A program made the translations under genes and the position numbers. From Octopus bimaculoides (lineage: Eukaryota), in assembly GCF_001194135.2 (NCBI RefSeq), contig NC_068988.1, forward strand, positions 83,613,794 through 83,647,212: a DNA stretch of 33,419 bases, read 5' to 3'. The notes under the pieces were generated by a model. The model ran no database searches, was not told the DNA's origin, and worked only from the letters and a program-made list of their open reading frames with translations. This document shows positions 11,000 through 21,149 of this stretch, one piece after another. Every line of letters begins with the position of its first letter. Position 1 is the first letter of the stretch.

Positions 11000-11561
11000 A
11001 CCTCCCAAATCCTGTTTTCTGATTGGGTAAAAATTATATATTGAGGATATAATCATTAAAATGATTATATCAGTGGCTAGCTTATAAAATAAATGACCAT
11101 ATCAGTAGAATTAATTTTTAAGTATATAATTAAAAAGGCTTTGAAACGGTGCATCCTCGAGAAAAACGGATTTGATTTTTGAAACCAGCGACATGGCTTT
11201 CTGTTATAATTAATCAAATCATAATTTGCTCCGAGAAATAACACAACTTTATATTGACAAATCTCTATCTGCCTCCACCAGTCTCTCTCTCCCTCTCTCT
11301 CTCTCTCTCTTTACGCCTTCATCTTTTTATATATATTTATCACACTCTTTATCACACTGTCTGTATATGTATATCTCTCACGCATGTTGCTCCCCCCCCC
11401 TCACACTTTCTCTCTCTCTCTCTCTCTCTTCATATGACGTGATTGCTTTCATTTTGTTTAAAACTTCATCGTTGTAATGTTTACTTTCATTTTATGATAG
11501 ACAGCTCTCACACCTAAAATGCTACCTCCCAAATCCTGTTTTCTGATTGGGTAAAAATTAT
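11000..11561. repeat. Pair of identical 38-bp direct repeats (11000-11037 and 11524-11561)
   Basis: acctcccaaatcctgttttctgattgggtaaaaattat occurs twice. Confidence 0.9.
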
Positions 11562-11710
11562 CAAACTTTAAACCTCTCTAACATTTTACTAAAAATTTTC
11601 TGGAATAAATTAATCACAAAATCGGATTCAGCGTGAAAAAAATGTATACCAATATACCAAATTTTCACTAAAGTTTCAAATTTCAAAATCTGTGGCAACA
11701 ACAGAACAGA

Positions 11711-11764
<54 letters not shown>

Positions 11765-12379
11765 AAGAAAAGCAACAAAAGTTCATTAGGTTATAGCAGT
11801 ACGTACGTTTCGTACAAACTTCATTTATTTATGTAGTGAGAACACCACATAAGATATGCAATGAAAATGTACTCCTCAGCTGCATAATGTTGATTAACAG
11901 CCCAGTCAAGATGGTATNNNNNNNNNNNNNNNNNNNNNNNNNNNNNNNNNNNNNNNNNNNNNNNNNNNNNNNNNNNNNNNNNNNNNNNNNNNNNNNNNNN
12001 NNNNNNNNNNNNNNNNNNNNNNNNNNNNNNNNNNNNNNNNNNNNNNNNNNNNNNNNNNNNNNNNNNNNNNNNNNNNNNNNNNNNNNNNNNNNNNNNNNNN
12101 NNNNNNNNNNNNNNNNNNNNNNNNNNNNNNNNNNNNNNNNNNNNNNNNNNNNNNNNNNNNNNNNNNNNNNNNNNNNNNNNNNNNNNNNNNNNNNNNNNNN
12201 NNNNNNNNNNNNNNNNNNNNNNNNNNNNNNNNNNNNNNNNNNNNNNNNNNNNNNNNNNNNNNNNNNNNNNNNNNNNNNNNNNNNNNNNNNNTACACTTTT
12301 CTCATTGTAAGCTTTCCTCCTTCTGTCTATATATTTACCACACTTTCCCTCATTCTCTATAAATGTATATCGCTCACAC

Positions 12380-12416
<37 letters not shown>

Positions 12417-12820
12417 GTTAGAATGTGTGTATGTATGTACGTGTGTGTGTGTGTGTGTGTGTGTTTATAAAACAGTGAGCTTTCTAATACACCATTGAAA
12501 ACAGCTTTGCTGCATTCAGTGAGTTTTTATGATATTTAATAGTACTTAAGTAATTTTCATGCCCAATATGGCTCTCCGCGGCAGTTATCTCGACATTCAC
12601 ATCTGTAAGAGGTTGAATTATGTTGGCACTGGAAGGGTGTCACACAATTCCTTACATCAATGTTTTTTGGGAAAATTAGCAGAACAAGAAAGTATTTTAA
12701 CAAAACAATCTTTTATTTGGTATGTACAAAATGTACAACTCGGGACAATCAGCAAAGTTATAGTTAATCATTCTTATGAAGACGATATCACACCTTGGAA
12801 CATTTAGAAGACAGGTCTGG

Positions 12821-13116
12821 TGTAAAAGGCAGCAAAACTGGAGTTAATAAAACTTTGTGAGGACATCTTTACAGAACTCCGGTAGGAATCAGAGCTGGAC
12901 AAATTCCAAGCTTCCGGGACAGGAGCGTAGGCGAACTCTGAGCTGCTGAAAAAAAAGCACGTCTGCAAGGTTCAGCGGCTGCGTCTAGAGTCAGAGACGC
13001 CAGAGATGCGAGAGAACTTTTTCCCCGCCAGTTTTCTGCGCATGCGCATGAGGGAACTTCCGGCAGGCCTTCTAGAAGATTCCAACCCTGAAGACTCTCA
13101 AGATGACGTCACTACA
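12821..13116 (-). mobile_element. Solo-LTR-like unit (TGTAGTG...TTTTACA on minus), 296 bp
   Basis: TGTA/TACA termini; CRE, ETS and NRF1 motifs near the minus 5' end; no TSD found. Orientation inferred by analogy with neighbouring units. Confidence 0.5.
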
Positions 13117-13466
13117 CATCTCTGACAAATATTGATTTATCTTATAGACCAATGGACAGAATCACCGATGTGGCTTTTTGTGTCAGAAAACAACCATCAA
13201 TGGAAGAGCAAGCCGATTGAGTTTTGCTACAGAAAAATGAAAATGTATTTTCTGACGTAAAATGTCCGTGAAATCAGAGATGCAACTCTATGGGATCGTC
13301 ATTGTAAAGGGGGAAAGAGAAAACGAAAGAAAATTTTACGGAATGTGATACCATTGATGTTTTATTTATTTAATTATATAAATTTGATAGATTTTATTTT
13401 TATTTAATATTATTTGCTTGTTTCATTCAATCATTGTTTAAAATTGCATGTTTCAGTTAGCTGGGG

Positions 13467-13735
13467 AAAGAATGAGGAGAAAAAAAACTACCGTGGAGCG
13501 ACAGCGACCGTTCATGGGCCGGTGTTTCAAGTGTCAGGGACCGTGCATGGCAAGAGACTGCGCAGAGACGAAGCCCGAACTCGTTTGCTACCGGTGCAGG
13601 CAGACTGGGCATATCACTCGAAACTACAACTAGGGAAAAGGCCACGGGGAAGTTGCTCTCTCAAACTTCCCCCGCAAGCAAGTAGAAGTATTCGTGCAGT
13701 CGCTGTCCGTACCTGAAGTCCTGGTTGGGGGAAAG
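13467..13735 (+). pseudogene. Gag zinc-knuckle/protease junction fragment; ~95% identical copy of 20494-20762
   Basis: Translates CFKCQGPCMARDC...CYRCRQTGHITRNYN*GKGHGEV...VPEVLVGGK; 13 differences in 269 bp against copy 2 by manual count. Confidence 0.9.
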
Positions 13736-13889
13736 CAGTTCTTCTTTCATGAGCCGTAATACCGAGTGTTTCATCTTCATCCCTCCTCATGTTACTCTCA
13801 TTTATAGCACACCCCGGCTTTCTCCTCTCCCTCCCCACTCTTTCTCCCATTCTCTCACTGAGTAAACGCATAAGCTCATCTCGGACTAC
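13736..13889 (-). mobile_element. Truncated LTR-like 5' segment abutting the gag fragment in opposite orientation
   Basis: Minus strand starts TGTAGTCCGAGATGAG, then a purine-rich U3 and CTATAAAT (plus 13800-13807); cut at 13736. Confidence 0.45.
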
Positions 13890-13904
13890 AATATCCAGTA
13901 TGTC

Positions 13905-14477
13905 TGTAACGGGTTGTTATGTGGATGATGATGATATTGACTCCGTGAAATAAAGACAGTGGTTGAAGTTACAAACAAATATTTTATTTAACCATTACAT
14001 GTGATCTTTACTTAACACGATGGGTAGATGATAATATCAACAATCGAGAGCAGATCTGTATAAAGAGGAGTGTTGTATTTCAGTGTCTGATACTGTATGG
14101 CTTTAGGTTCTACGCTGCTTGATCTCGTCAATCTAGCAGTAGTAGGGACATTGATAGAGTAATGGCACTGAAGGCGGAAAGCCGAGAGAGTCAGGAAAGT
14201 AAGTGACTTGTTCGTCGTGCGGCACAGCCCTGTTGCTATAATCCCTACTGGTGTGCTTTCTGCTCGTCCACTGAGGTGCCTCTGGTCGTCTCTTTTCACC
14301 AACTCATTTTTCCTTACGGAATTCTAGTATTTATAACTATGCAGACTAGCTAGAGATAGAGATATGTAGAGAAACGACCGTGCGAACCAAAGGAGAATGG
14401 TGACGAATGGAAACAGGCTCCTTTTAACGCGTCGCACGGTCGACACAAAATATGATATATATTATAATACTATAACA
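13905..14477 (-). mobile_element. Solo-LTR-like unit, 573 bp
   Basis: Minus strand TGTTATAG...CCGTTACA; TATA box TTATAAATA (plus 14328-14336); AATAAA (plus tttatt 13983-13988); no TSD (tgtc vs taag). Confidence 0.6.
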
Positions 14478-14692
14478 TAAGAGAACTAGGAAATGCCAGT
14501 AAGGTAAAGATAGAGATGACTCAACCGATAAAGATGTATGACAGTAAGTTTTATTGGTTATCAACTAGAATGTCTGCATGAATGTGAATGCGACATAATA
14601 AAACAATATAAGACAGGCCGTCATGTAAACAAAGCGTGTGTATACAAATATATGTTTGTAAATGCAAGAGGTACAGAGGATAGAAAAGAGTC

Positions 14693-15306
14693 TGTAACAC
14701 GGATAAGAAATACCAGTTCTCAGTTAAGGTACACAGTAGATTTGAAAGTCTGTATATAAGAGGTTGAGGCGTTGAGGCTGAGCTAAGTCACTTGTCGTGC
14801 AGTTGAGGCTTCTATGCCGGACCGAGCTACTTGATACAAGGTTTCTCGCAGGTGTCAAATTCTGGCTGTTATTTCGTGGTAAAACAATTCACACAAACAG
14901 TAGTGTTGAGAGAAGCTGCGGTTGCTGTTGGTAGCTTATGTACGTAGAGATGTCGTGTTGACGACGCTTGTAGTAAACAGTTGAACGATGGTGTTGATGT
15001 CGTCGCTGGAAACTGGCTGGTTGGTGTTACGTGGTCAACGACCAGACCTCAGAAGGTCAGAAGCCGCGACAAAGTGACGCGGATAAAACAGGCTATTTAT
15101 AGGTACAGATAGACTCCAGAAACATTAGAAAAACACTCCCTCACGTGACCTTATTAGATGGCCACGATTGGTCGGTATGCACCCTGGCGCAAATAAAAGT
15201 CAATCAGGGTGATGGACACAGCGGGGGCGAAGGCGGGAAAGAGATAGATGTTACCTGCTACGTTCGCATTTGTAAATAAATAACCGAGAGAGGTGGTTTC
15301 ACTACA
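14693..15306 (-). mobile_element. Solo-LTR-like unit, ~614 bp (left boundary could instead be 14535)
   Basis: Minus strand TGTAGTGAAACC...GTGTTACA; TATA box CCTATAAATAGCC (plus 15091-15103); no TSD. Confidence 0.55.
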
Positions 15307-15460
15307 TAGCGTCGCACCAGTCGGTTTGTCAAAGACAAAGCAGACGAAACAGGAAATAATTGTAGTGAAGAAACTGAAAGAACCTTTGGTCCAATAACTG
15401 GCACTTAGTCACCATTTAAGAGAAGCTGTGTGAACAGAATTACGTCGGCTGTATGAATAG

Positions 15461-15479
15461 AATCACGTCGGGGTCACCA
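15461..15479 (-). promoter_or_regulatory. Primer-binding site complementary to the tRNA-Trp 3' end
   Basis: Minus strand TGGTGACCCCGACGTGATT lies 3 nt after the LTR end CTACA; the plus strand aatcacgtcggggtcacca equals the metazoan tRNA-Trp(CCA) 3' end including CCA. Confidence 0.9.
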
Positions 15480-15482
15480 GTT

Positions 15483-16023
15483 TGTAGAGAAAGTTGTTTG
15501 TCTCTTACAACGCGCCAGCATGTCACATTTTCATTCCTGCACGATCGAGGCTCATAATACCTCATGCACCGGCTGGCAAAATTTCTCCTCAACCATTCCA
15601 GGGCATTTATCATACATTTCTTCGTTTCCTTTCTTCGTTCGCTTCCCTCCCAGGAAGCTTACTGGCGAGGAGAGTGATATAGGAATCTGGCAGGCGTGAA
15701 GTGGATTCGATCCACTATACCCATATTTGAATAGCTAGGCCGAAGCGGTCTCCACCACTTGACCCTTTTCTGACCTCTTCTACTCCATCTAGAATTGTGA
15801 TAAACAAGCTAAATCATTTGCACTCACTGCCCGGCTATATAAACAGGACACTCCAAGAAAACTTCCTCTTTTCTCTTTCTAGTGACCAGTGGTCACTTGA
15901 CGTCTCATGGAGAATGATGCCTGGCTGATCAGCTACAACTTGGCAGAGGGAGAAATAACTTTACTGTCAGCCACTGTCAGGCAACGTCGCCCACTTTATA
16001 ACCCTACCATCTCTCTCTATACA
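15483..16023 (-). mobile_element. 5' LTR of an LTR retrotransposon (tRNA-Trp primed), 541 bp, followed by ~170 bp of leader (15307-15482)
   Basis: Minus strand TGTATAGAGA...TCTCTACA (imperfect terminal inverted repeat), TATA-like at 15835-15843, PBS immediately downstream. Confidence 0.8.
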
Positions 16024-16752
16024 ATTACTACTATAAAAAAGGTACATACAGATACAGGCCTAAATTCTCAACCTTGCATGTTTTATATACTATTACACTG
16101 GCCTACCCGTCGTGGTATGGCAACATAGAATGTAACGGTAAAAATAAATATTTCTTATAAAAATGTTGATCATCGTTCAATCTTACAACCGTTACAGATA
16201 TATTGTTGAGAACAATGGGTAGTTCAATGTAGGTCACTCTTATTTTATTTCAACTTTTCATGACATAGAAGAGGTTAAGAGTAAAACGGAAAATACATAA
16301 ACTGACCTGGCAAAGTCATGTGTTGAACTTATCAACTTCCATTTTTCTGTGAGAAAAATGCTGTTGAAATTTTAGGGGAAATTTGCCGATTCAGGTTCGA
16401 ATCTACTCTATGCCCAAATGAAGTCACTACATGTCCTTCCCTACAAGAAATATTGTAAGAATCTGCTTCAAACAACTCTCTACTGTTTTAAAATATGAAG
16501 TACACCTTCGATAATGTAATTTTTGATACACCATTCACTCACCACCAAAACAAAGACTGACACGCTTTTAAGAATAGGTCTAATACGATCAGGACTGACC
16601 TGGGGCTAAAGAGCAACTAGAATACTAAAAAGCTAATAATTGTCAGCAGTGAAAAAAAAAAAAGTTAATAATTTTCATTACATTAGATAACTTTATGGGA
16701 GTTGTTTTTAACACCTTTTCCGATCACACCTAAATCTTGAGTTTATCATGCG

Positions 16753-17379
16753 TGTAGACTCCATTTCAGCCAATCAGAACTTTTATGTTTTTATGGTCAT
16801 GCGATAAGTTCTAGAACTTTCCTCCAACGATGGCCTTAATTACAGAGGCCTTTAGCGCGAAAAAGTAGAGGGAATTCGAATTTCGTTGAAACGGTCTCAG
16901 GTGAATTTTCTCTCCCATAGCTTTTCGCAGCTTCATACTCAAATCAGCAGGATTCTCCTAATTGCAGTTTTAATAGCTCTGTACCCAACCCGGCGATGGA
17001 TGAAGAATCAACACGACCATACGCAATTACAGTATAGGAAAGTGGGTTATACATCATTAGATGTATACCTGACTTTCCTATATAAAATTAAGAATATAAC
17101 GGAACGCTGAACTCCAGATTATCAACATAACAATTATTTATTTAAGGTGGTTAATATATACATCATTAGCTCTTGTTTGTTGAGACGTCTTCTGTGTGTG
17201 TGAGCATGGTTGTTGGGACGTTGGTATGTAGATGTGAGCGAGCTGTCTAGCGTAAGTTCGAAAGATGGAGAGAGACAGCTAAACACGTCCTTGCTCAATC
17301 GCTGGCCAGCAAGAAAGAGCCAGAATGAAGCGGGAAAGCTTGGTTGTTGAATTCCACGCATGCGCATGGCGTTACTACA
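16753..17379. mobile_element. LTR-like segment bounded by TGTAG...CTACA; orientation ambiguous, possibly two abutting LTR pieces
   Basis: Plus strand has CCAAT (~16770) and ctatataaaat (~17078); minus strand starts TGTAGTAACGCCATGCGCATGCG and has AATAAA (~17135-17143); no TSD. Confidence 0.45.
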
Positions 17380-18251
17380 ACAGCAACATGAAAAAATACG
17401 CCAAACTATCAATTATCTGTCAAGAACTCCGGCCCCTGTAAAACCCAATGTTTATATAAAATTGACATTGACTGTATTATTGCGTGAAGCCTTGTAATAA
17501 CGTAGCAATAAATTGTGTATATAAACTGACACCAAGTCTTTGTCATAACCAACGCTGTGGTGGGCGGGATGAGAGTTCTGACGTCTAAGATAGTCTACTG
17601 AAAATAAAACCACCATTGGTTAAATTTAAAGATTTGATCACCCTTTTCTAGGTGCCCCACCAATGGCTGTTTATTGCCTCCGTTAACCTCTACTTAATTC
17701 GCTAATCTAATCCGTGTATTGTTTGTGCGCCAGTAGAGGCTCGTTCAGCTTCAGTAACTAAATCTGTCTCAGGGTCCTGTCTAAGTCGACAGATCAGATC
17801 ACAAATTGTAGTCGTAAAGCTGACCAAATGAAACTGTGGGCACTATACACGACCTCTGTCTGCTGACGAACAAAATCTAATAATAATAGAACTGTTATAG
17901 TATTGTGTATGGAGTTTTTTGCAATATATACTCTGCAAATTGCAATCGACTGTCTTCTTTTGAGCAATGAATTTCACGCCAAAGTGATGAGTTTTCACAA
18001 AAATTACGTCAATTTGATCGTGCACATACACTGAAAATAAATCCGAAGTCTACATTGGAATTAAATTCCCCTTTGCAGTTAAAAAATAGCTGTAATGCAA
18101 TCTAACTTAATTATATCTCCGATCTTTAAAAGTTCTTGCTTCTGTTTTCTATTGAAGAGGTCAGTTGCATTATCTTGATATATAGCGTTATCATTAAATA
18201 TTTCTGAACGAACATTAATGAGATATTTTCCAGGCTAAATAGGAATTGTGT

Positions 18252-18901
18252 TTTAGGTTGGATTGGTTTGGATTAAAATCACAAAGCAGATTGCTAATGG
18301 CAATTGTAAAACTTGTTTTATCAAAAGAAATCCGATGTCACATTCAACGTCGCCATCTGACATCCATTTCAAGGCGAGGCATGATGAGGCTTGATAAGAT
18401 AGATTACAGGAAAATCAATAACTTTTTCATTTCTTTCCATTGGAACTTTTTGTTTCTTTTCTCATTTTTCTCTTATCCTATTATTAATTCTAACGTTTTT
18501 TTATTTACCTTAACTCTCTGTCCTCTCTTTTTCTTTCTGCCTGTCAGCCAAGCCACATTACGTGTAGGAAANNNNNNNNNNTTTAGGTTGGATTGGTTTG
18601 GATTAAAATCACAAAGCAGATTGCTAATGGCAATTGTAAAACTTGTTTTATCAAAAGAAATCCGATGTCACATTCAACGTCGCCATCTGACATCCATTTC
18701 AAGGCGAGGCATGATGAGGCTTGATAAGATAGATTACAGGAAAATCAATAACTTTTTCATTTCTTTCCATTGGAACTTTTTGTTTCTTTTCTCATTTTTC
18801 TCTTATCCTATTATTAATTCTAACGTTTTTTTATTTACCTTAACTCTCTGTCCTCTCTTTTTCTTTCTGCCTGTCAGCCAAGCCACATTACGTGTAGGAA
18901 A
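18252..18901. other. Identical 320-bp duplication across a 10-N gap; assembly overlap artefact
   Basis: 18252-18571 equals 18582-18901, separated by exactly 10 N. Confidence 0.9.
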
Positions 18902-20720
18902 AAAATTAAAGCATGAAAGAAAAAGATAAAACATACAATAATAAAATTAAACACACGATTAAATAAACATGGAATAAAGAAATTCTGTACAAATAAATTG
19001 CTAGGTGCAGTACAGCTCATGACTTAATGAAACCAGCTCTAACAAGGTTGCTTATAATGTCAGTGGGATGGTGTATTATCGTGGTAAACGGATTATAAAA
19101 ATAAATATCTTGAATTATGAACAAATTGACTTGGTGTTTGTTAATAAAACTAGAAACAAATAACCATATATGTTTGTTTTATAAAAGTGCAATAAACTCT
19201 GCTTTTATCAGCCAATCCGTCTGTCTACCTCTCTATCTATTTGCCTGTCCATCTTTCTGTCTGTCTATCTGCCTATCTGTCTATGTCTGTTTGTCTTTGC
19301 TGCTACTGTTGTTTTCCTTCTTTATTTGATGTGTCTGAAGGAAGGGACAGGGCCCCTGACATTTTGGAGTCTTTCAAGATCCGTTTAAACTGTCCGACAT
19401 CTGCAGGAAAGACACAAGTAGGTGACTCCAATAGACAAAAGAATGTATATATATAATTACATTACTGTTTTAAGAGTGAGTAATGTGGAATTGAAAATAA
19501 ACAGGTAATAACTGCGATTGTTTTCATAAACAAGAATATCAGTGACGAAGCAAATTGGGGATGGTGGTGGAGGGACAGTTGCTCTCCTTCCCACTGTGTG
19601 CAGGTGTGAACAGGCAGAAAATTTCCTCTTGCTTATCAAGTCAGTTAATTAAGGCAGGGTTGGGGAGCAAAATTGTCTCTGCTCTTTCGTTCTGAGAATT
19701 CATGCTATATCATGAAGGAATGTTCTTTATAAAATTATTTTGTTTGAGTAATGGAAGTGGGTAGGAAGATTCTGCAAAGTTGATAGAGATCCTCTTTGAC
19801 AAAAAACAAGTCTTTGCTAAATTTTGAGAGAATGTTTTGGGTGAATGTTTGCAGACTGAAAGGCTTGAAGACATCTTTTGTTTTCCCAATGGCTGTTGGT
19901 ACAAAGCTTGCAATCGAATTGCAAACTTTGTTGTCATCATTTAGCTGCTGATTGAACAGATGTATAATCGAAGGCATTCCAACCATNNNNNNNNNNNNNN
20001 NNNNNNNNNNNNNNNNNNNNNNNNNNNNNNNNNNNNNNNNNNNNNNNNNNNNNNNNNNNNNNNNNNNNNNNNNNNNNNNNNNNNNNNNNNNNNNNNNNNN
20101 NNNNNNNNNNNNNNNNNNNNNNNNNNNNNNNNNNNNNNNNNNNNNNNNNNNNNNNNNNNNNNNNNNNNNNNNNNNNNNNNNNNNNNNNNNNNNNNNNNNN
20201 NNNNNNNNNNNNNNNNNNNNNNNNNNNNNNNNNNNNNNNNNNNNNNNNNNNNNNNNNNNNNNNNNNNNNNNNNNNNNNNNNNNNNNNNNNNNNNNNNNNN
20301 NNNNNNNNNNNNNNNNNNNNNNNNNNNNNNNNNNNNNNNNNNNNNNNNNNNNNNNNNNNNNNNNNNNNNNNNNNNNNNNNNNNNNNNNNNNNNNNNNNNN
20401 NNNNNNNNNNNNNNNNNNNNNNNNNNNNNNNNNNNNNNNNNNNNNNNNNNNNNNNNNNNNNACGGAAGTCTGCGACGTAGTGCGACGACCAGTAAAGAAT
20501 GAGGAGAGAAAAAACTACAGTGGAGCGACAGCGACCGTTCATGGGCCGGTGTTTCAAGTGTCAGGGACCGTACATGGCAAGAGACTGCGCAGAGACGAAG
20601 CCCGAACTCGTTTGCTACCGGTGCAGGCAGACTGGGCATATCAGTCGAAACTGCAACTAAGGAAAGGGCCTCGGAGAAGTTGCTCTCTCAAACTTCCCCC
20701 GCGATCAAGTAGAAGCATTC

Positions 20721-21065
20721 GTGCAGTCGCTGTCCGTACCTGAAGTCCTGGTTGGAGGAAAGGCGTTCAAAGTCCTCGTGGATACGGGCTGTACGTCTCT
20801 CGTGACCCCAAAGGTGACAAACATAGGGAAGAGGATGAGTAGTGTTGGGGCGGTCGACGGCAGCGAAATTGGATGTAAGGGTAGCAGCGAAGTGGGGATA
20901 GCGGTGCAGGGCACAACACTGAGGCTGTGGGCGATTGTGATCGACCATGTAGTAGACGGAATTCCCGTGGTGATGGGCATGGACGCGATCAACCGCCTTA
21001 GAGGTGTCAGTGTCAGTGGAGGCGTGGTTTGTTTCGTTTGGTGGTGCAGAGGCGTCATTCGCTGA
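20721..21065 (+). pseudogene. Retrotransposon aspartic protease
   Basis: VPEVLVGGKAFKVLVDTGCT...VVMGMDAINRL (DTG active site and C-terminal GxD motif). Confidence 0.85.
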
Positions 21066-21149
21066 GTCTGTAACATGAGAGTGGACAGAGCTCTATGGGG
21101 GGGTTGTATTGCTTACACCATTAAGGACAAGGATTTTCGGGCTGTGGAA

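Noticed and set aside
15461-15479. Apparent tRNA-Trp gene
   Set aside because: Only the 3' ~19 nt including CCA match, next to an LTR end. It is a PBS with no cloverleaf.
18252-18901. 320-bp tandem duplication and the 227-aa ORF spanning it
   Set aside because: The copies are identical and separated by a 10-N gap, the typical signature of an unmerged contig overlap.
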